A stretch of DNA of 64,000 nt from an uncultured Catonella sp. (GCA_916438525.1 CAKAER010000003.1:827595-891594); one strand, 5' to 3'; counted from the stretch's first letter, positions 32,087 through 43,680 are shown. Translations and numbers: made by a program. Notes: generated from the letters alone by a model not told the origin.

Positions 32087-32968
32087 TTGATGAAAATTGC
32101 AATAATTACAGACAGTAATGCAGGAATATCCCAAAAGAGAGCAAAAGAACTTGGAATGTTCGTACAGCCGTCTCCGTTTTTTATAAATGATAATCTTCAA
32201 TTTGAAGATGTTACCATGACACACGAGGAATTTTATGCCGCACTTCTTGATGACAGTATAGATGTAAAAACTTCCATGCCTTCTCCGGGTGATATGACCG
32301 ATATGTGGGATGAGCTTCTAAAGACTCATGAACAGGTAGTATTTATACCTATTTCAAGCGGTCTTTCAGGCTCATACTCCACTGCTTCAATGCTCGCCGA
32401 AGATTATGACGGAAGAGTAGAAATTGTAGACAACAGAAGGGTATCAGTCACACAATATCAGTCTGTAATTGATGCGCTTGAACTTGTAAAAATGGGTAAG
32501 AATGCAAAAGAAATAAAGGAGTATCTTGAAAAAACCGCAGACAGGTCTTCCATCTATCTTTCACTTGATACACTGAAATATCTTAAGAAGGGTGGACGAA
32601 TCACTCCTGCTGCCGCTGCTATAGGTACCCTGCTTAATCTTAAACCAGTTCTTCAGATTCAGGGCGATAAGCTTGATGCCTATGCAAAATGCAGAGGTAA
32701 GGCTCAGGCTAAAAAGACTATGATAGAAGCTGTAAAAAAAGATATGGAAACCCGCTTTAAGGAAAGTGCAGACAAACATAATCTTCATCTTGCTCTTGCC
32801 TATGGCGGCAATCTTGAAGAGGCTTTAGCCTGGAAGGAAGAGGCTCAGTCAGCCTTCCCTGACTACGAATTTGAACTTCATCCGCTTTCTCTTGCAGTTG
32901 CCTGCCATATAGGAAACGGAGTACTGGCAATTACCTGTACAGAAGGAATGGATAATACGTTGATTTAA
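32087..32968 (+). CDS. DegV/FakB fatty-acid binding protein
   Basis: IITDS, TSMPS, ISSGLSGS, L.YLKKGGRI, LNLKP, HIG.G. Confidence 0.92.
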   Translation: MMKIAIITDSNAGISQKRAKELGMFVQPSPFFINDNLQFEDVTMTHEEFYAALLDDSIDVKTSMPSPGDMTDMWDELLKTHEQVVFIPISSGLSGSYSTASMLAEDYDGRVEIVDNRRVSVTQYQSVIDALELVKMGKNAKEIKEYLEKTADRSSIYLSLDTLKYLKKGGRITPAAAAIGTLLNLKPVLQIQGDKLDAYAKCRGKAQAKKTMIEAVKKDMETRFKESADKHNLHLALAYGGNLEEALAWKEEAQSAFPDYEFELHPLSLAVACHIGNGVLAITCTEGMDNTLI

Positions 32969-32972
32969 AATA

Positions 32973-34877
32973 ATCGAGTAGGAGGCGGTGACTAACCGCC
33001 GTCCTCTCACAGCACTGTACGTACGGTTCTCGTATACAGCGCTTTCAATAGTTGACGTGCACAGACTGATATGCTGTGGCTAAATCATAAAAGCCACTGT
33101 TTATCAGTCTTTCTTTTGTCATTGCCATGTTTATGGCGACTGTATGTGTTGTAAACCAATAGCCACGTCTGCTGTTTGCTGCTTTCCATGCCAGGTCTTG
33201 TGGAACTCCCATACCCCTCAGGTTTCGGTATCTGGTTCTCACACGTTTCCATTGTTTCCATATACACATACGTATTCTGTGATAGAGCATCCGTTAATGT
33301 CATTCATGTTATTCTTCATACTTGCAATTCCATAGTAGTTAAGCCACCCTCTTGCATATACCTTGATTCTTTCAAGGCTTGGCTTGATTGACTGACAGCG
33401 CTTACGGGAAGAAAGCTCTTTCAGGCTCGACTTAAACTTCTCCCATGACTTTGAATGAACTCGTACGTATACGCCACTTCTGTTCCTTCCCAATGCAAAG
33501 CCAAGGAATTTAAAATTTCGGATTGCAAATACACTGACAGTACGGCTTTTCTCTCGGTTCACTGTAAGTTTCAGCTTCTCCTCGAGATACCTCGTACTAC
33601 TCTCTAAGAGTCTCTCCGATGCCCTTTTGCTTTTCGCAAGAAGCACTATGTCATCTGCATATCTTATGCATGGGACACTTCGCTTCAAGAATTCTTGGTC
33701 GAACTCATTGAGGTAGATATTCGCAAGCAAAGGGGATAGATTCCCTCCTTGTGGCGACCCTTCATCTGTTTCGATAACTACTCCGTTTTCCATTACGCCA
33801 CTTTTCAGATACCTCTTGATAAGTTGCACTACACGTTCATCTTTTACGTTTTTCCTCAGAAGGTTGATAAGAATCTCGTGGTTGATTGTATCGAAATATT
33901 TCGATAAGTCTAGAACTACCGCATATGTGTAACCCTGTTCAGCGTACTCCTTAACCTTTAGTATTGCTCCTTTTGCGTCTCTGTTTGGACGATAGCCGTA
34001 ACTGCCGTCTGTAAAAAGCGGCTCATAGATTGGAACTAACTGCTGTGTTATCGCCTGTTGAAGTGTACGGTCTATCACTGTTGGTATGCCAAGCTTTCGC
34101 ACACCACCATCTGGTTTAGGAATCTCAACTCGTCTTACCGGAGACGGAGTATACTTTCCACGATAGATACGTGTCGTTAACTCTTGTTGGTGTTCCTTGA
34201 GGTAAGGAAGTGCCTCTTCGATGGTCATCCCATCAACTCCAGGTGCTCCCTTGTTTGCCTTAACCCTCTTATACGCTCTGTTAAAGTTATCCTTATACAG
34301 TATCGCTTCCAAGAGCTTCGGCTGTGCACTGTCTCTTTCTTTCCATATCAGATTGAATGACCTACGCGCTTTCACATACCCTTCATGTTCCGCACTATCT
34401 CTTTGTGAACAGCCATTGTTTTCAATGTTTTCTGCCATTACTGGTCATTCCTCCTTTCTCAGTCATACTTGAGACTCCTACTGATTCAGTCCTTTGTCTC
34501 TCGACTACTATGACCTCTGCTGACTTCTGTGTGTTCAGCATTGCTTTGGGCAATGGTTACCTCTTTCGAGGCATATCACACAGACCTCCCTAGGTACCAC
34601 ACGTTTCTTCCTCTCCATCTATCTGCCTCATTTATCATGCATGATTCCGTGTAGTTATTGGACTTTGGCTTGTAATGCAGTCTTATCCTCATGCATAACC
34701 TCATATGAGATTTCTGTTCGTCAGACCAGAGATTTGCCCATGAGTTAGTATCTTCCTCACATCCGGCTTCCTTCAGATTCGAGGTCGCCCTCGACACCCT
34801 TGCCTTCGGCGCATCCTTCCCACTACCGGGCGGATTCGGGACTTTAACCCGTTAGAAACGTGCGCCGCCAGGCGTAC
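32973..34877 (-). mobile_element. Class IIC group II intron
   Basis: 5' end GTACGCC; domain V GCGCTGTATACGAGAACCGTACGTACAGTGC with CGC triad; domain VI ending CTACTCGAT; inserted a few nt after a terminator hairpin (34884-34926). Confidence 0.9.
33045..34438 (-). CDS. ltrA: Group II intron RT/maturase without endonuclease domain (1-nt deletion near 33290)
   Basis: KGAPGVDG, RKLGIPTVIDR..QQA, SYGYRP, DLSKYFD, GSPQGGNLSPLLANIYL, RYADD, RGWLNYY, RIRMCIWKQWK. Confidence 0.93.
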
Positions 34878-34883
34878 GATTAT

Positions 34884-34926
34884 AAAAATGGTGCTTCTAA
34901 GACCTGCGTCTTAGGAGCACCATTTT
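34884..34926. terminator. Bidirectional terminator used as the IIC intron target
   Basis: AAAATGGTGCTTCTAAGAC-CTGC-GTCTTAGGAGCACCATTTT. Confidence 0.85.
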
Positions 34927-34936
34927 CATTCTGTCA

Positions 34937-35977
34937 TTACCATTCTTTATATGTCTTAACCATCTCTTTGCGATTTCTGAGGATTGTTTCCAAAATATAA
35001 TAGGATGAAGTTGAGGACGTATCATTGACATCCATTTCAAGGCCGTATGCCAAATCCCAAAGGGCAAGATGATTTTCCTTGGCAAGCTCGATGATCTGAT
35101 AAATAACGGAAACCTGAACAGCCCAAACCATTTCCGGGTTTGAAATATCCTCCATGCCAAACTCGCTATATTTTATTTGACCTATGCAAGGGAAATGCCC
35201 ATGCTTACTAAGATCTCCGTTAAAAAAAATAAAGGAAGGGTTAGCCAGCAAGCTTGCATCGGAGTCCGGATACATATAGGAGAGGCATTTTTCAGCCATC
35301 AGGCTGATTTCTTTATATCCCTTAATTCGGTCAATATTTTCCTTGAGTGCTGGAAAATAAGCTTCTAAATAAGAGGGGGAGACACTGACTTTTCCATAAA
35401 TATGATGTTTTACGCAGGGAAAAAACATCCAATCGCAAAGTCCCTGTTTGGCTAAGTAATCGGTGCCGGGCTGCTTATCCTCACAGGGGGTAACGCCATA
35501 CTTTTGCACCAGTGCCCGAAAGCTGTTTTCGTATTCCTTGGCAAGGGCTTCTTTGGACTGATTAAAATCCTGAAACAGCCGTTTTTGTTTCCGACTAAGG
35601 CGCTCTTTTCCTTCGTAGACATAGTCAGAGAGGACAAAGCCGGATTCGACAATGACAGGATAGGTTTGCCCGAGAAGATAAGCACAGCCGGCAATGATTT
35701 TTAGAGAGGCATCTAACATGCCTTCTTTCATGGCAACCGGACGAGTGCCGTAGTTACTTGACGATTCGGTCAACTGAATCACCAGCTCCGATACCAGACG
35801 CATAACGTATTTTACGCCAATCGGATTATCTTGAGAGGGTGCCGAAGAGGTGATAGGATTTCCTCCGTCTTCCATCAAAAAATTACTTTTGCAAAAATCA
35901 CAAGACGCCCGGTGCAGCGAATAAAAAGCGTTTAGAGACGCCCCGCAATTCGGACATTTCAGATTAATTAGTTCCAT
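34937..35977 (-). CDS. Hypothetical protein with N-terminal zinc ribbon; higher GC than host genes
   Basis: CPNCGA..CDFC; TAGGAG RBS; own promoter TTGACA(36107)-18-TATACT(36083) with a GC-rich spacer. Confidence 0.75.
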   Translation of the reverse strand: MELINLKCPNCGASLNAFYSLHRASCDFCKSNFLMEDGGNPITSSAPSQDNPIGVKYVMRLVSELVIQLTESSSNYGTRPVAMKEGMLDASLKIIAGCAYLLGQTYPVIVESGFVLSDYVYEGKERLSRKQKRLFQDFNQSKEALAKEYENSFRALVQKYGVTPCEDKQPGTDYLAKQGLCDWMFFPCVKHHIYGKVSVSPSYLEAYFPALKENIDRIKGYKEISLMAEKCLSYMYPDSDASLLANPSFIFFNGDLSKHGHFPCIGQIKYSEFGMEDISNPEMVWAVQVSVIYQIIELAKENHLALWDLAYGLEMDVNDTSSTSSYYILETILRNRKEMVKTYKEW

Positions 35978-36311
35978 ACGATTACTCCTAACATAAAGGG
36001 AAGTTGCCGAGCCCCTTATCCTTGTGCGAATAAAATCAGCTGCTGGGAAATGCGAAATAAAAGAATGCTCCCAGCTAAGTATAGCACCGGGTGTGCCGGT
36101 CTGTCAATCAGGAAAAAGAGGGGAAACGATAGAAACGATAGAATTCAGGGTAGTTTTTTTAAGGCGTGCAAAAGTATTTTATCAAAAAACGCTTTGTTTT
36201 TTGTGTTTAAAAAATTAAGTGCCCACTTTTTTTCTCTTATAGCTTGATTTTTAATTTGAAAATAGCTTAACATTATTATTTGCAGATATAATTTAGAAAG
36301 GAAGTATTACA

Positions 36312-37994
36312 ATGAAATTCAGTGAAATGCCTTATAAAAAGGGCTGATATTGAAGAAGCTAAAAGCAGACTTTACAAAACTTATGGAAGATTTTTGATAA
36401 TGCAAAAATCGAGGGCGAAGAGCAGTTTGAAGTTCATAAAAGATATTATAAAACTGTAAACAGCATATATACCCAGATGACACTCGCAGAAATCCGTCAC
36501 TCTATAGATGTGACAGATGAATTCTACAGTAAAGAAAATGACTACTATGATGAGAATGGCCCTGTGCTTCAGTCACTGCTTGTAGAGTACGGTAAGAAGC
36601 TCTACAATTCTGAATATCGTGCTTTTTTAGAAAATAAAATCGGTAAGGTTGCATTTAAGAATCTTGAGTTAGCTATGAAGTCTGTAGATGATAAAATAGT
36701 TCCTCTTATGCAGGAGGAAAATTCTCTTAAGAGCCGCTATGATAAGCTTCTTGCTACTGCTAAGATTGACTGGAATGGCGAAACTCTTAATCTTTCACTT
36801 ATGGCTCCTTACCTCAACAATTCTGACAGAAATGTGCGTGTAGAAGCCTGGAAGAAGTATACAGAGTTCTTTAGCAACAATAAGGAAGAACTTGATGACA
36901 TCTACGACAGACTTGTAAAAAACAGAACTGCACAGGCAGAAAAACTCGGCTATGAGAATTTCATACAGCTTGGTTACTATAGAATGAACCGTAACTGCTA
37001 TGACAGGGAGGATGTAAAGCGCTTCAGGGAACAGGTTAAACGTGACTTTGTTCCATTTGCGGAAAAATTACACGACAGGCGCAGAATGAGACTTGGGCTT
37101 GATAAACTCCATTTTGAAGATGAGGGTGTATACTTTAACAACGGAAATCCGGCTCCAATCGGTACTCCTGATGACATACTTGCAGCAGGAAGAAAGATGT
37201 ACAATGAGCTTTCACCTGAGACAGCCAAGTTTATTAACTTTATGTGTGATAATGAGCTTTTCGATGTACTCGGAAGAAAGACTAAGCAGACAGGCGGATA
37301 TATGACCTATCTTCCTGATTATAAATCACCGTTCATATTTGCGAACTTCAACGGAACCGCTGATGACGCAGATGTAATGACGCACGAGTGTGGACACGCC
37401 TTCCAGGGCTTCTGCATGGTAGATGATCCTATTAATGAGCATGCCGATATAACTATGGAAACAGCTGAAACCCACTCAATGTCAATGGAATTCTTTACCG
37501 AGCCTTGGATGGAGCTTTTCTTCGGTAAGAGAAAACAGGATTATATTGATATGCATCTTGAGTCAGCTGCTGCTTTTATTCCTTATGGAACAATGGTAGA
37601 TGAATTCCAGGATATAGCTTATTCCAATCCTGGACTTTCTCCAAAACAGCGTAACGAAATGTGGAGAGAGCTTGAAATGCAGTATAAGCCTCACCTTGAT
37701 TATTCAGGAAATGAATATTACAGTCTCGGTGGTTTCTGGCAGAAACAGCGTCATATCTATGACAGTCCGTTTTATTATATTGATTATGTACTTGCACAGA
37801 CCAATGCTTTCCAGTATAAAGTTATGATGGATAATGACTACAAGGCAGCCTGGAAGAGCTATCTTAAGCTTTGTAACTTAGGTGCAAAGGACTTCTTTAC
37901 AGGGCTTCTTCCCCAAGTCGGACTTAAGAGCCCATTTGAGGATGGTACACTTAAGGATATGGTAGGAAAATTACAGGGAACTCTAAAATTATAA
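36312..37994 (+). CDS. M3-family oligoendopeptidase (N-terminal frameshifts)
   Basis: MKFSEMPY start at 36312; HECGH, AETHSMSME, PFYYIDY. Confidence 0.88.
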
Positions 37995-38037
37995 ATATAC
38001 TTAAGTTAAATTTTTCACAAACAGGGGAGGTGAGTTT

Positions 38038-38922
38038 ATGCACAGTTTTTTAAGGGCGATAGGTTTCTCTGACATCCCTTCAAGAAAAGAATTAGACAAG
38101 GTTTTAGGGCTGGTCATGACTCACCCGGCCCTTGATAAATTTGCTTTTTATCTGGTGACAAGCATAAAAAAATAGTTGAGAAAAGCTTTAATTTTTCTGA
38201 AAGAATGGGAATTACTGTTCGTGGAGAATATGACGAGAAAGGCTTCTTCCATCTGGAGCACTATTTCCCATATCTTATAGGGCGTAAGCCTTGTTGCTAT
38301 CAGGAGGTATCTATATACAAACGAATTGACAGCGATGCCTATACAGGTATGTGTGACGACCTGCATTTTGGCACTTCTCTCATATTTTACTTACAGAATT
38401 CCATAGATTATCTTTCTGTAAGAGAATATATGAATTCAAAGAAAGAACTGCCGCTAACCCTTTCAGGGCTTTCAATTTCCGGAAAAATACTGCTTCCTAT
38501 AAGCAAGACCGATGAACAGACCAGGGTACAGAATGAAGATGCCCTTCGTCATGATACTCTGCTTATGGCGGCTAAGGAGGGCAATGAAGATGCAATCAAT
38601 ACTCTCACTCTGATGGATTTTGACACCTATTCAATGGTTGCAAGGCGCATACAGACCGAGGATGTATATAGTATAGTTGAGACAAGCTTCATTCCTTTTG
38701 GTTCTGAATCAGATAATTATACAATATTGGGAATAATAAAAGAAGTAATACCGCATACAAACAGCTTTACAGGGGAGGCTTGTACAGAATTGCTTCTAAA
38801 TTGCAATGGTTTCGATTTCCACATAGCCATAAACAATGAGGATTTACTTGGGGAACCTCTCCCCGGCAGAAGGTTTAAGGGGGGAAATATGGCTTCAGGG
38901 AATGGTAGATTTTGAGAAATAA
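38038..38922 (+). CDS. DUF3881-family protein (frameshifted)
   Basis: MHSFLRAIGFS start; C-terminal GEP.PGRRFKG.IWLQG. Confidence 0.75.
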
Positions 38923-38954
38923 CAGAATATTTATTTAGAGAGGAAGTTTTTATT

Positions 38955-40361
38955 ATGAACAATGAAACAAATCAGGAAAGTAATCTTGATCCATTTGGAA
39001 GGGATAATGAACGTAGTACATTCTCCGGCAAGCTTGGCTATGTACTTGCTGTAGCCGGCTCTGCTGTGGGGCTTGGTAACATCTGGCGTTTCCCTTATCT
39101 TGCAGCTAAGCATGGTGGAGGTATCTTCCTCCTTATATATCTGATACTTATGCTTACTTTTGGCTATGTGCTTATAGTATCTGAGACAGCACTTGGAAGA
39201 ATGACCAGAAAAAGCCCTGTAGGTGCTTTTGAAAAATTTGGTAAATCTCTTCCATTTAAGATAGGTGGCTGGGTAAATGCCATCATTCCTATGATTATAG
39301 TTCCTTATTATAGTGTAATAGGCGGATGGGTATTTAAGTATTTGTTTGAATATATCCGTGGAAACGGTGAAGCTCTTGCAGACGATAATTATTTTGTCGG
39401 CTTCATTACTTCAGGTGCAAGTGTAGAAGTATGGTTTTTAATCTTTATGTTAGTTGTACTGCTTATAATAGTAGGTGGTGTGGAACATGGTATAGAAAAA
39501 GTGTCAAAAATGATGATGCCTGTACTTGTAATCCTGGCAATTATAGTTTCAATCTATTCTGTAACCAGACCAGGTGCCATTGAGGGTGTTAAATATTTCC
39601 TCATACCTAACTTTAATAACTTCTCCTGGATGACAGTAGTTGCAGCTATGGGACAGATGTTTTATTCTCTTTCAATAGCAATGGGTATTCTCTACACCTA
39701 TGGTTCATATATGAAAAAAGAAGTAGATATTGAACAGTCCACTTCCCAGATAGAAATTTTTGATACTGCTATAGCCTTTCTTGCAGGTCTTATGATTATC
39801 CCTGCTGTATTCTCCTTCTTTAATGGAGATCCTGAAAAGCTTCAGGCAGGTCCTTCACTTATGTTCATTACACTGCCTAAAGTATTTGCAAGCATGGGAA
39901 TGGGAAATGTAATCGGTGTAGTTTTCTTCCTTCTGGTGCTTCTTGCTGCTCTTACAAGTGCAATTTCTCTTGCTGAGTCCTGTGTATCTACCATAGAAGA
40001 TCAGCTTGGATGGAAAAGAAATATCGCCAGTGTAGTGATAGGTATTGTTATGGTTGTATTAGGTTCTCTCTCAGCTCTTGGCTTTGGTATGCTTGATTTT
40101 GTAAAGATATTCGGAATGTCAATACTTGACTTCTTCGATTTCCTTACAAACTCACTCATGATGCCTATAGCGGCTCTTTCAACCTGTATACTCATAGTTT
40201 ATATAATTGGAGTTGATAAAATAATAAAAGAAGTTGAACAGTCGTCTAAGTTTAAGCGTAAAGGGCTTTACAGGTTCTTCCTTAAATATCTTGCTCCTAT
40301 CTGTATACTCATAATTCTTGCAAGCTCTGTTGCAAGCGTATTTGGAATAATTAAGTTCTAA
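38955..40361 (+). CDS. Sodium-dependent NSS/SNF-family transporter
   Basis: AGSAVGLGNIWRFPY, GQMFYSLS, GPSLMFITLP. Confidence 0.93.
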   Translation: MNNETNQESNLDPFGRDNERSTFSGKLGYVLAVAGSAVGLGNIWRFPYLAAKHGGGIFLLIYLILMLTFGYVLIVSETALGRMTRKSPVGAFEKFGKSLPFKIGGWVNAIIPMIIVPYYSVIGGWVFKYLFEYIRGNGEALADDNYFVGFITSGASVEVWFLIFMLVVLLIIVGGVEHGIEKVSKMMMPVLVILAIIVSIYSVTRPGAIEGVKYFLIPNFNNFSWMTVVAAMGQMFYSLSIAMGILYTYGSYMKKEVDIEQSTSQIEIFDTAIAFLAGLMIIPAVFSFFNGDPEKLQAGPSLMFITLPKVFASMGMGNVIGVVFFLLVLLAALTSAISLAESCVSTIEDQLGWKRNIASVVIGIVMVVLGSLSALGFGMLDFVKIFGMSILDFFDFLTNSLMMPIAALSTCILIVYIIGVDKIIKEVEQSSKFKRKGLYRFFLKYLAPICILIILASSVASVFGIIKF

Positions 40362-40370
40362 GATAATATG

Positions 40371-40412
40371 AAATAAGCCACTGTAAACTAAAAGTCTGCA
40401 GTGGCTTATTTT
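40371..40412. terminator. Bidirectional terminator
   Basis: AAATAAGCCACTG...CAGTGGCTTATTT. Confidence 0.8.
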
Positions 40413-40427
40413 TATCCGATAACACAC

Positions 40428-42101
40428 TTATTCTCTTGCAATAACATATTTCTTATTCATAAAAAATTTCCACAATACAAGATTAGCGGCTATCATAACT
40501 ACAATTCCTAAAACCTGCAATAAAATTGTATTTAAGAAAAATATATGGAGAAACCCGGCTCCACCCAGAACAATCATATTTATAAAAAACATCAGCATAT
40601 TGTAGCCTGCATTGTTAGTGACAGTCTCTGTTGAAAATGGTAACACCCAGCTACTTATACGTATTTCAAAGCTTGTAATAAATATAAAAGCAATATAAGC
40701 TAAAACTATATCCGGCAGGGCTTTTATTCCGCAAATAGCAATAAACATTGTCGATAAAATCATAAATACCGGGGTAATGTATCGGAACAGAACAACCTTA
40801 ACTCCTGCCCTTATGCACTTGCTTAGATTCTCTATAGGTAGTACCTGATAAAATAACAGACTCTCTTTATTGCCGGACTGGCTTATGATAGTATAAAGAA
40901 CTGATGATGTAAGTCCAACTGAATACAATAACGCAAGAGTCCATCTGCTTTCCCTTACGGTTGTTATAAGACCTGTAAAGCCACCGGAGCGTGAAAGCTG
41001 TGACAACAAGATTATAAAAGGCAATATAAGTGCATTGGCAAGCTGTGGATAGAGCTTTAATTTCATATCCCTGTTTCTTGAAATCTGTATGAGTACCAGC
41101 TTCATAAAAGCATTTTCCTGCTCATCTTTAGAAAAAATCCTGCACATAAATTTTGAAAATACTGAAAGAGATTTACTTTCTCTGGCTGTCTCCGTAAGCT
41201 TGTCAAGTTCTCCTTCAAACTCAGGCATTACTTTTTTATTATATACTATTTCAATCAGAACAAAAACCAGAACAGCCACTCCCGAAAGTGCATAATGATA
41301 CCATGCCGCAGCTCCCAGAAATACCTTGAATACGGAAGAAAACCATGCAGATGGTATAATAAACATAAATGGTGAAAAAACCATATCCGACTTTGAAAAT
41401 TCTGCAAAATTTATCAGCCTTGGAACTATCTGATAAGCTAAGATAAGAGCTATAGTCACAAACACCTGAAATCCGCTAAGTATATCCTTAAGCCTCTCTC
41501 CCGAAAATATTTTAAGGAGTAGATAATAAAGCATTCCTGCAAGGTGAAGACAGAATATAGTAAGCGCTATGCATATTAACGCAAATATGAATCCGTATAA
41601 AGCTCCATGGAAAATAACTGCAGCTATTACAGATGGCATCATCATTGAAAATGCTATTATGCCAATGTAATATGCTATATGTATATTTTTAGCTGCATTT
41701 ATCTCGTTATGGCTTATAGGAAGCGCACCATAAAAACTCTTTTCTGTAGTATCTAACAGTATAGCCGAAAACTCGCTTATATACACAGAAAAAAGCATAA
41801 ATATAAGGCCTGCAAAAGCTAAGATATTGGCACCAAATGTATTACTCATAAGCTGTAAGGCTGCTATGAAAATCCCTACTCCAAAATAGGTAATACACAT
41901 CACTAGCATAGACCTTTTTGCTTCTTTGCCCTCTTTTTTAGCATTTACTTTAGCATTTATAGGAAGCCTTCTATTATCCATAAGGAGCTTTAGCTTAAGT
42001 ATTTCCCGGATATGGCTATAATTTAAGCTTTTACTTAAAAATGGCTTTACAAATCTGTCTATAACCTTCAGTACCAGGGGTTCTTTACTCACCTTGCTCA
42101 C
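40428..42101 (-). CDS. ABC-2 type exporter permease
   Basis: Multi-TM protein, LKLYPQL motif, coupled to the ATPase. Confidence 0.75.
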   Translation of the reverse strand: MSKVSKEPLVLKVIDRFVKPFLSKSLNYSHIREILKLKLLMDNRRLPINAKVNAKKEGKEAKRSMLVMCITYFGVGIFIAALQLMSNTFGANILAFAGLIFMLFSVYISEFSAILLDTTEKSFYGALPISHNEINAAKNIHIAYYIGIIAFSMMMPSVIAAVIFHGALYGFIFALICIALTIFCLHLAGMLYYLLLKIFSGERLKDILSGFQVFVTIALILAYQIVPRLINFAEFSKSDMVFSPFMFIIPSAWFSSVFKVFLGAAAWYHYALSGVAVLVFVLIEIVYNKKVMPEFEGELDKLTETARESKSLSVFSKFMCRIFSKDEQENAFMKLVLIQISRNRDMKLKLYPQLANALILPFIILLSQLSRSGGFTGLITTVRESRWTLALLYSVGLTSSVLYTIISQSGNKESLLFYQVLPIENLSKCIRAGVKVVLFRYITPVFMILSTMFIAICGIKALPDIVLAYIAFIFITSFEIRISSWVLPFSTETVTNNAGYNMLMFFINMIVLGGAGFLHIFFLNTILLQVLGIVVMIAANLVLWKFFMNKKYVIARE

Positions 42102-42864
42102 CTCCAGTCAGAGTATCTACAAATTTGGCTGCAAGGTCATGTCCTGAAGTAAAGCCTGTAAGCCTGTTGAAGATATCTTCCATACTGCCGCCCATATCTT
42201 TTTTGAGGTCATCTACCATTGCATCTGCTATTACGGCACCGTCTTTAAGAAGAATTACCCTGCTGCTCATCTGCTCCACCACTTCCATAATATGAGAAGA
42301 GTAGAATATAGTCTTACCCTGTCTGGTAAGAGTTTTAAGCACTTCCTTAAATACAGCTACACTATTCGTATCCATACCGTTTAGCGGTTCATCCAGGAAT
42401 AAAATATCAGGATTGTGTATCAGGCTTCCTATGATTGCTATCTTTTGCTTCATACCCTTGGAGTAGCCTGAAATACGGGTTGTAAGTGCATCATTTATCT
42501 GAAATATCTCTGCTAGCTCCTGCATTCTGTCACGCCAGTTACTAAGCTCATACACGGAAGAGAGGAAGGAGATATACTCTTCTCCTGTAAGGCTTTCATA
42601 AAGAGAAAGAATTTCCGGTACATAGCCTACTTTGCGTTTGTAGCTTACCAGGTCTTCTTCTATATTTTTGCCAAAAATTTCTATAGTTCCTGTATATTTT
42701 CCAAGAATGCCAAGCATCAGCTTAACTGTAGTAGACTTACCGCTTCCATTTGGTCCAATATAGCCGATAAGTTCACCCCTGCCTGCTTCAAAGCTTACAT
42801 CATGAAGGACATGATGCTCTCCAAAACTTTTGTTTACATTTGTAAGTCTGAGTACTGTATCCAT
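42085..42864 (-). CDS. ABC transporter ATP-binding protein
   Basis: GPNGSGKST, YSKGMKQK, LDEP, SSH. Confidence 0.93.
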   Translation of the reverse strand: MDTVLRLTNVNKSFGEHHVLHDVSFEAGRGELIGYIGPNGSGKSTTVKLMLGILGKYTGTIEIFGKNIEEDLVSYKRKVGYVPEILSLYESLTGEEYISFLSSVYELSNWRDRMQELAEIFQINDALTTRISGYSKGMKQKIAIIGSLIHNPDILFLDEPLNGMDTNSVAVFKEVLKTLTRQGKTIFYSSHIMEVVEQMSSRVILLKDGAVIADAMVDDLKKDMGGSMEDIFNRLTGFTSGHDLAAKFVDTLTGGEQGE

Positions 42865-43030
42865 ACAATTTCTCTCCCTGTGATTATTATGAAAATAATA
42901 ATATCACAGAATAGTTTAATTATTAGGTGATAAATTATAACGTTTTCTTTACATTTTCACAACACATTCTATGCGTGTTGATTTTTATGCATATCAATGC
43001 TATACTTTATATTATCAGGAGGATTGATAT

Positions 43031-43219
43031 ATGCCATACAAAGCAAAAGAATTGGAAAAACTTATAAAAAAAGATGGATGGATTTTCAAAGCTCAAGAAG
43101 GTTCCCATCGTCACTATATTCATCCTTTTAAAAAAGGAAAAGTTACAATACCTTTTCATTCAAAAGATATTGCAAAAGCTACCGAAATATCAATCCTAAA
43201 ACAAGCTGGTTTGAAATAA
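43031..43219 (+). CDS. hicA: HicA mRNA interferase toxin
   Basis: DGW...QEGSHRHY.HP.KKGKVTIP.H..DI...T..SILKQAGL; TTGATT-17-TATACT promoter. Confidence 0.92.
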   Translation: MPYKAKELEKLIKKDGWIFKAQEGSHRHYIHPFKKGKVTIPFHSKDIAKATEISILKQAGLK

Positions 43220-43251
43220 CCCCTACACATAATTTCAAAGGAGGTTTTACC

Positions 43252-43680
43252 ATGTTATCAAGTTATCCTGCCTGCTTTATAAAAGAAGAAAACACATATT
43301 CCGTTATTTTTCCTGATTTAAACTATCTGGCAACTTGTGGTGATACTTTAGATGAAGCTATTACTATGGCGATTGACTGTCTTGCCGGCTATTTGTACTG
43401 GCTTAAGGAAGATGGCGAACCTGCCCCAGAACCTACACCTATCGATAAAATTAATTTAACCGACTGCATAAAGGAATTAGAAATTTCCGACTACTCTCTT
43501 AATGAAAGTTTTGTAAATTATGTTACTGTAGATGTTTTAGAATATGCTAAAAAACATTTTGAAAAATCTGTCCGAAAAACTCTCACCATTCCTAAATGGC
43601 TTAATGATAAAGCTATAGGAATGGGAATTAATTTTTCAAAAACCCTGCAAGAAGCATTACTGCAAAAAGTCAATGCCTAA
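43252..43680 (+). CDS. hicB: HicB antitoxin
   Basis: YPACF..YSVIFPDL..ATCGDTLDEA; C-terminal VRKTLTIPKWLN..INFSKTLQEAL. Confidence 0.92.
   Translation: MLSSYPACFIKEENTYSVIFPDLNYLATCGDTLDEAITMAIDCLAGYLYWLKEDGEPAPEPTPIDKINLTDCIKELEISDYSLNESFVNYVTVDVLEYAKKHFEKSVRKTLTIPKWLNDKAIGMGINFSKTLQEALLQKVNA

Noticed and set aside
33045..34438. Reverse transcriptase as a retron, DGR or defence RT
   Set aside because: It has YADD, a maturase X domain and flanking intron domains V/VI and 5' end, so it is a standard IIC intron. No template/variable repeat pair was seen.
34884..34926. Intron target hairpin as an integron attC site
   Set aside because: No RYYYAAC/GTTRRRY boxes and no integrase; it is an ordinary A/T-flanked terminator.
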